Source: Anaerolineae bacterium (GTDB taxonomy: Bacteria; Chloroflexota; Anaerolineae; UBA7937; B3-Chlor). From it: a stretch of DNA of 41,058 nt. This document shows, piece after piece, positions 39,908 through 41,058 of the stretch. A program made the translations under genes and the position numbers. The stretch covers positions 1 through 41,058 of the forward strand of contig DATKVP010000382.1 of assembly GCA_035530015.1 (NCBI GenBank), read 5' to 3'. The first letter of the stretch is position 1, and the number at the start of each line of letters is the position of its first letter. The notes beneath the pieces were generated by a model. The model was not told the origin of the DNA and made no database searches. It saw only the letters and a program-made list of their open reading frames with translations.

Positions 39908-41058
39908 ATGATCACGAAGGGACTGAGGATCGAGAGCTTCACGCCGGAGGGCTTACAGTTCCCTATGCCGGCTCGAAATGGCCGGCTGAGCAAGTGCTTC
40001 CAGGGCGGGGAGGACCTGGGGCTGTCGTTCGACCTGGACCGGGATCCCCGAATCGACTACCGCGACGTGGCGTATGGGAACACTGTGGTCGTGCGGCGGG
40101 GGCTGAACGCGGTCTGGAAGGGGGAGATGCGACAGATCACGCAGGGGAAGGAGTCGCTGACGGTAGGGTGCGTGGGGCAGTGGATCCACCTGGATGATAA
40201 GAACTACGGGGGCCGAATACGGATCTGGTGCGACAACAGGTATAAGAAGTGGATCGAGATGTCAAATAATCGGGGCTTCGGCAACGGCTTCACGCCGCAA
40301 CAATACGCCATGGACACGAACGATCGGCTATTCATCGCGCCGAGGAAAAACGAGAGCTTCAGGGCTGGAGCAGGGCTGGATGAAGGGTCTCACTTCTACT
40401 TTGCAGACAAGACGGTATTGTCACCTCTGCGGGACATCAGCAGAGTCTCATTTGATTACGATGTGATCTTACCGTCGGACTGGACATTCCAACTTTGGTA
40501 CTGGGGCGCGGGCATCGCAGTGGTCTGGCAGGTGGTGGGCGTAACACAATCCGGCGTCAAGGATATTACTCTCCCAGGACTCTGCTATGCTTTGCAGTTC
40601 ACGTTGTGGAAGGGCACTGGGCCAGCGACGTATAGTGGCAATACCGGGGTGGATTGCTACGCGGAGGTGACGAACCTCAGAGTCTGGGGCCAGACGACGG
40701 AGAGCCCCAGCGTGATCCACGTGGCGGAGGATGTGATCGACCAGGTGGAGGCGGCCAGCCCCATCGATGCCAGCCACGACCTGGTGCAGGAGCAGTTAGC
40801 GGTGCGCGATACCTTCACCGATGCGAATGGGACGCTGCTGGCGAACCACCAGCCCGACGTGGATGCGCTGAGGGGCGGGTGGACGGTGGTAGTCGGTGGC
40901 TTCGACATCCAGGGGAACCAGGCGAATTGCACGGTGCTGGCGGGCAACGAGGCACTGGCCGTGATCGACAGCGGGATGAACGATGGGATCCTGCCCCTGG
41001 ATGCGGTGGTAGAACCCGCCGGGACGGAGTTCCTGGGCATCGTATTCCGGTATCAGGA
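39908..41058 (+). CDS. Tail-tip / receptor-binding protein, allele B (partial, runs off the window)
   Basis: ATG at 39908. The frame is open to the window end. It is mosaic-homologous to 23..2245, with conserved blocks and a diverged cassette at 40215-40672. Confidence 0.6.
   Translation, partial: MITKGLRIESFTPEGLQFPMPARNGRLSKCFQGGEDLGLSFDLDRDPRIDYRDVAYGNTVVVRRGLNAVWKGEMRQITQGKESLTVGCVGQWIHLDDKNYGGRIRIWCDNRYKKWIEMSNNRGFGNGFTPQQYAMDTNDRLFIAPRKNESFRAGAGLDEGSHFYFADKTVLSPLRDISRVSFDYDVILPSDWTFQLWYWGAGIAVVWQVVGVTQSGVKDITLPGLCYALQFTLWKGTGPATYSGNTGVDCYAEVTNLRVWGQTTESPSVIHVAEDVIDQVEAASPIDASHDLVQEQLAVRDTFTDANGTLLANHQPDVDALRGGWTVVVGGFDIQGNQANCTVLAGNEALAVIDSGMNDGILPLDAVVEPAGTEFLGIVFRYQ

Overview
The window holds slightly more than one genome-length unit (39,885 bp) of a GC-rich temperate tailed phage with HK97-type head genes. 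No clearly bacterial gene is visible. Almost all genes are on the + strand, packed tightly, and many are joined by ATGA stop/start overlaps. Gene order: end of a Dit-like tail gene, tail-tip gene (allele A), lysis cassette with a three-domain endolysin, and a minus-strand lysogeny operon (XRE repressor, 41-aa membrane peptide, large serine integrase). Next come a divergent near-consensus early promoter, a Cro-like HTH gene, a recombination module (SbcC/Rad50-like, ASCH, SbcD/Mre11-like, a 324-aa protein with an SSB-like acidic tip, RusA), and a winged-helix initiator with an ori-like iteron/AT-rich block inside it. These are followed by a ParB-like protein and a lower-GC accessory island of small ORFs. 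The late region starts with a late promoter plus terminated leader. It continues with TerS, TerL, a portal fused to a MuF-like domain, prohead protease, major capsid protein, head accessory genes and neck genes. It ends with the tail tube, G/GT chaperone with a CCCAAAA slippery site, tape measure, Dit-like gene, and the tail-tip gene again as a diverged allele B that runs off the window. The observations most worth a second look are listed here. (1) A proteasome/HslV-like Ntn-hydrolase gene sits in the neck/tail module, near a GT-A glycosyltransferase and three lectin-like (LamG/ConA-type) modules. (2) A 20-codon stretch of the portal gene is copied into a small Tat-signal/zinc-ribbon protein and differs only by synonymous changes. 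(3) Three families of repeated 16-24 nt gene-junction modules occur at nine junctions. (4) A high-GC3 two-TM ORF is overprinted on the 3' tail of the cro-like ORF. (5) A promoter-hairpin-terminator unit lies in front of the packaging genes. (6) A TGA sits where I recall the conserved Cys of the MuF HPNCRC motif. All functional calls come from motif recognition by eye. No database search was run.
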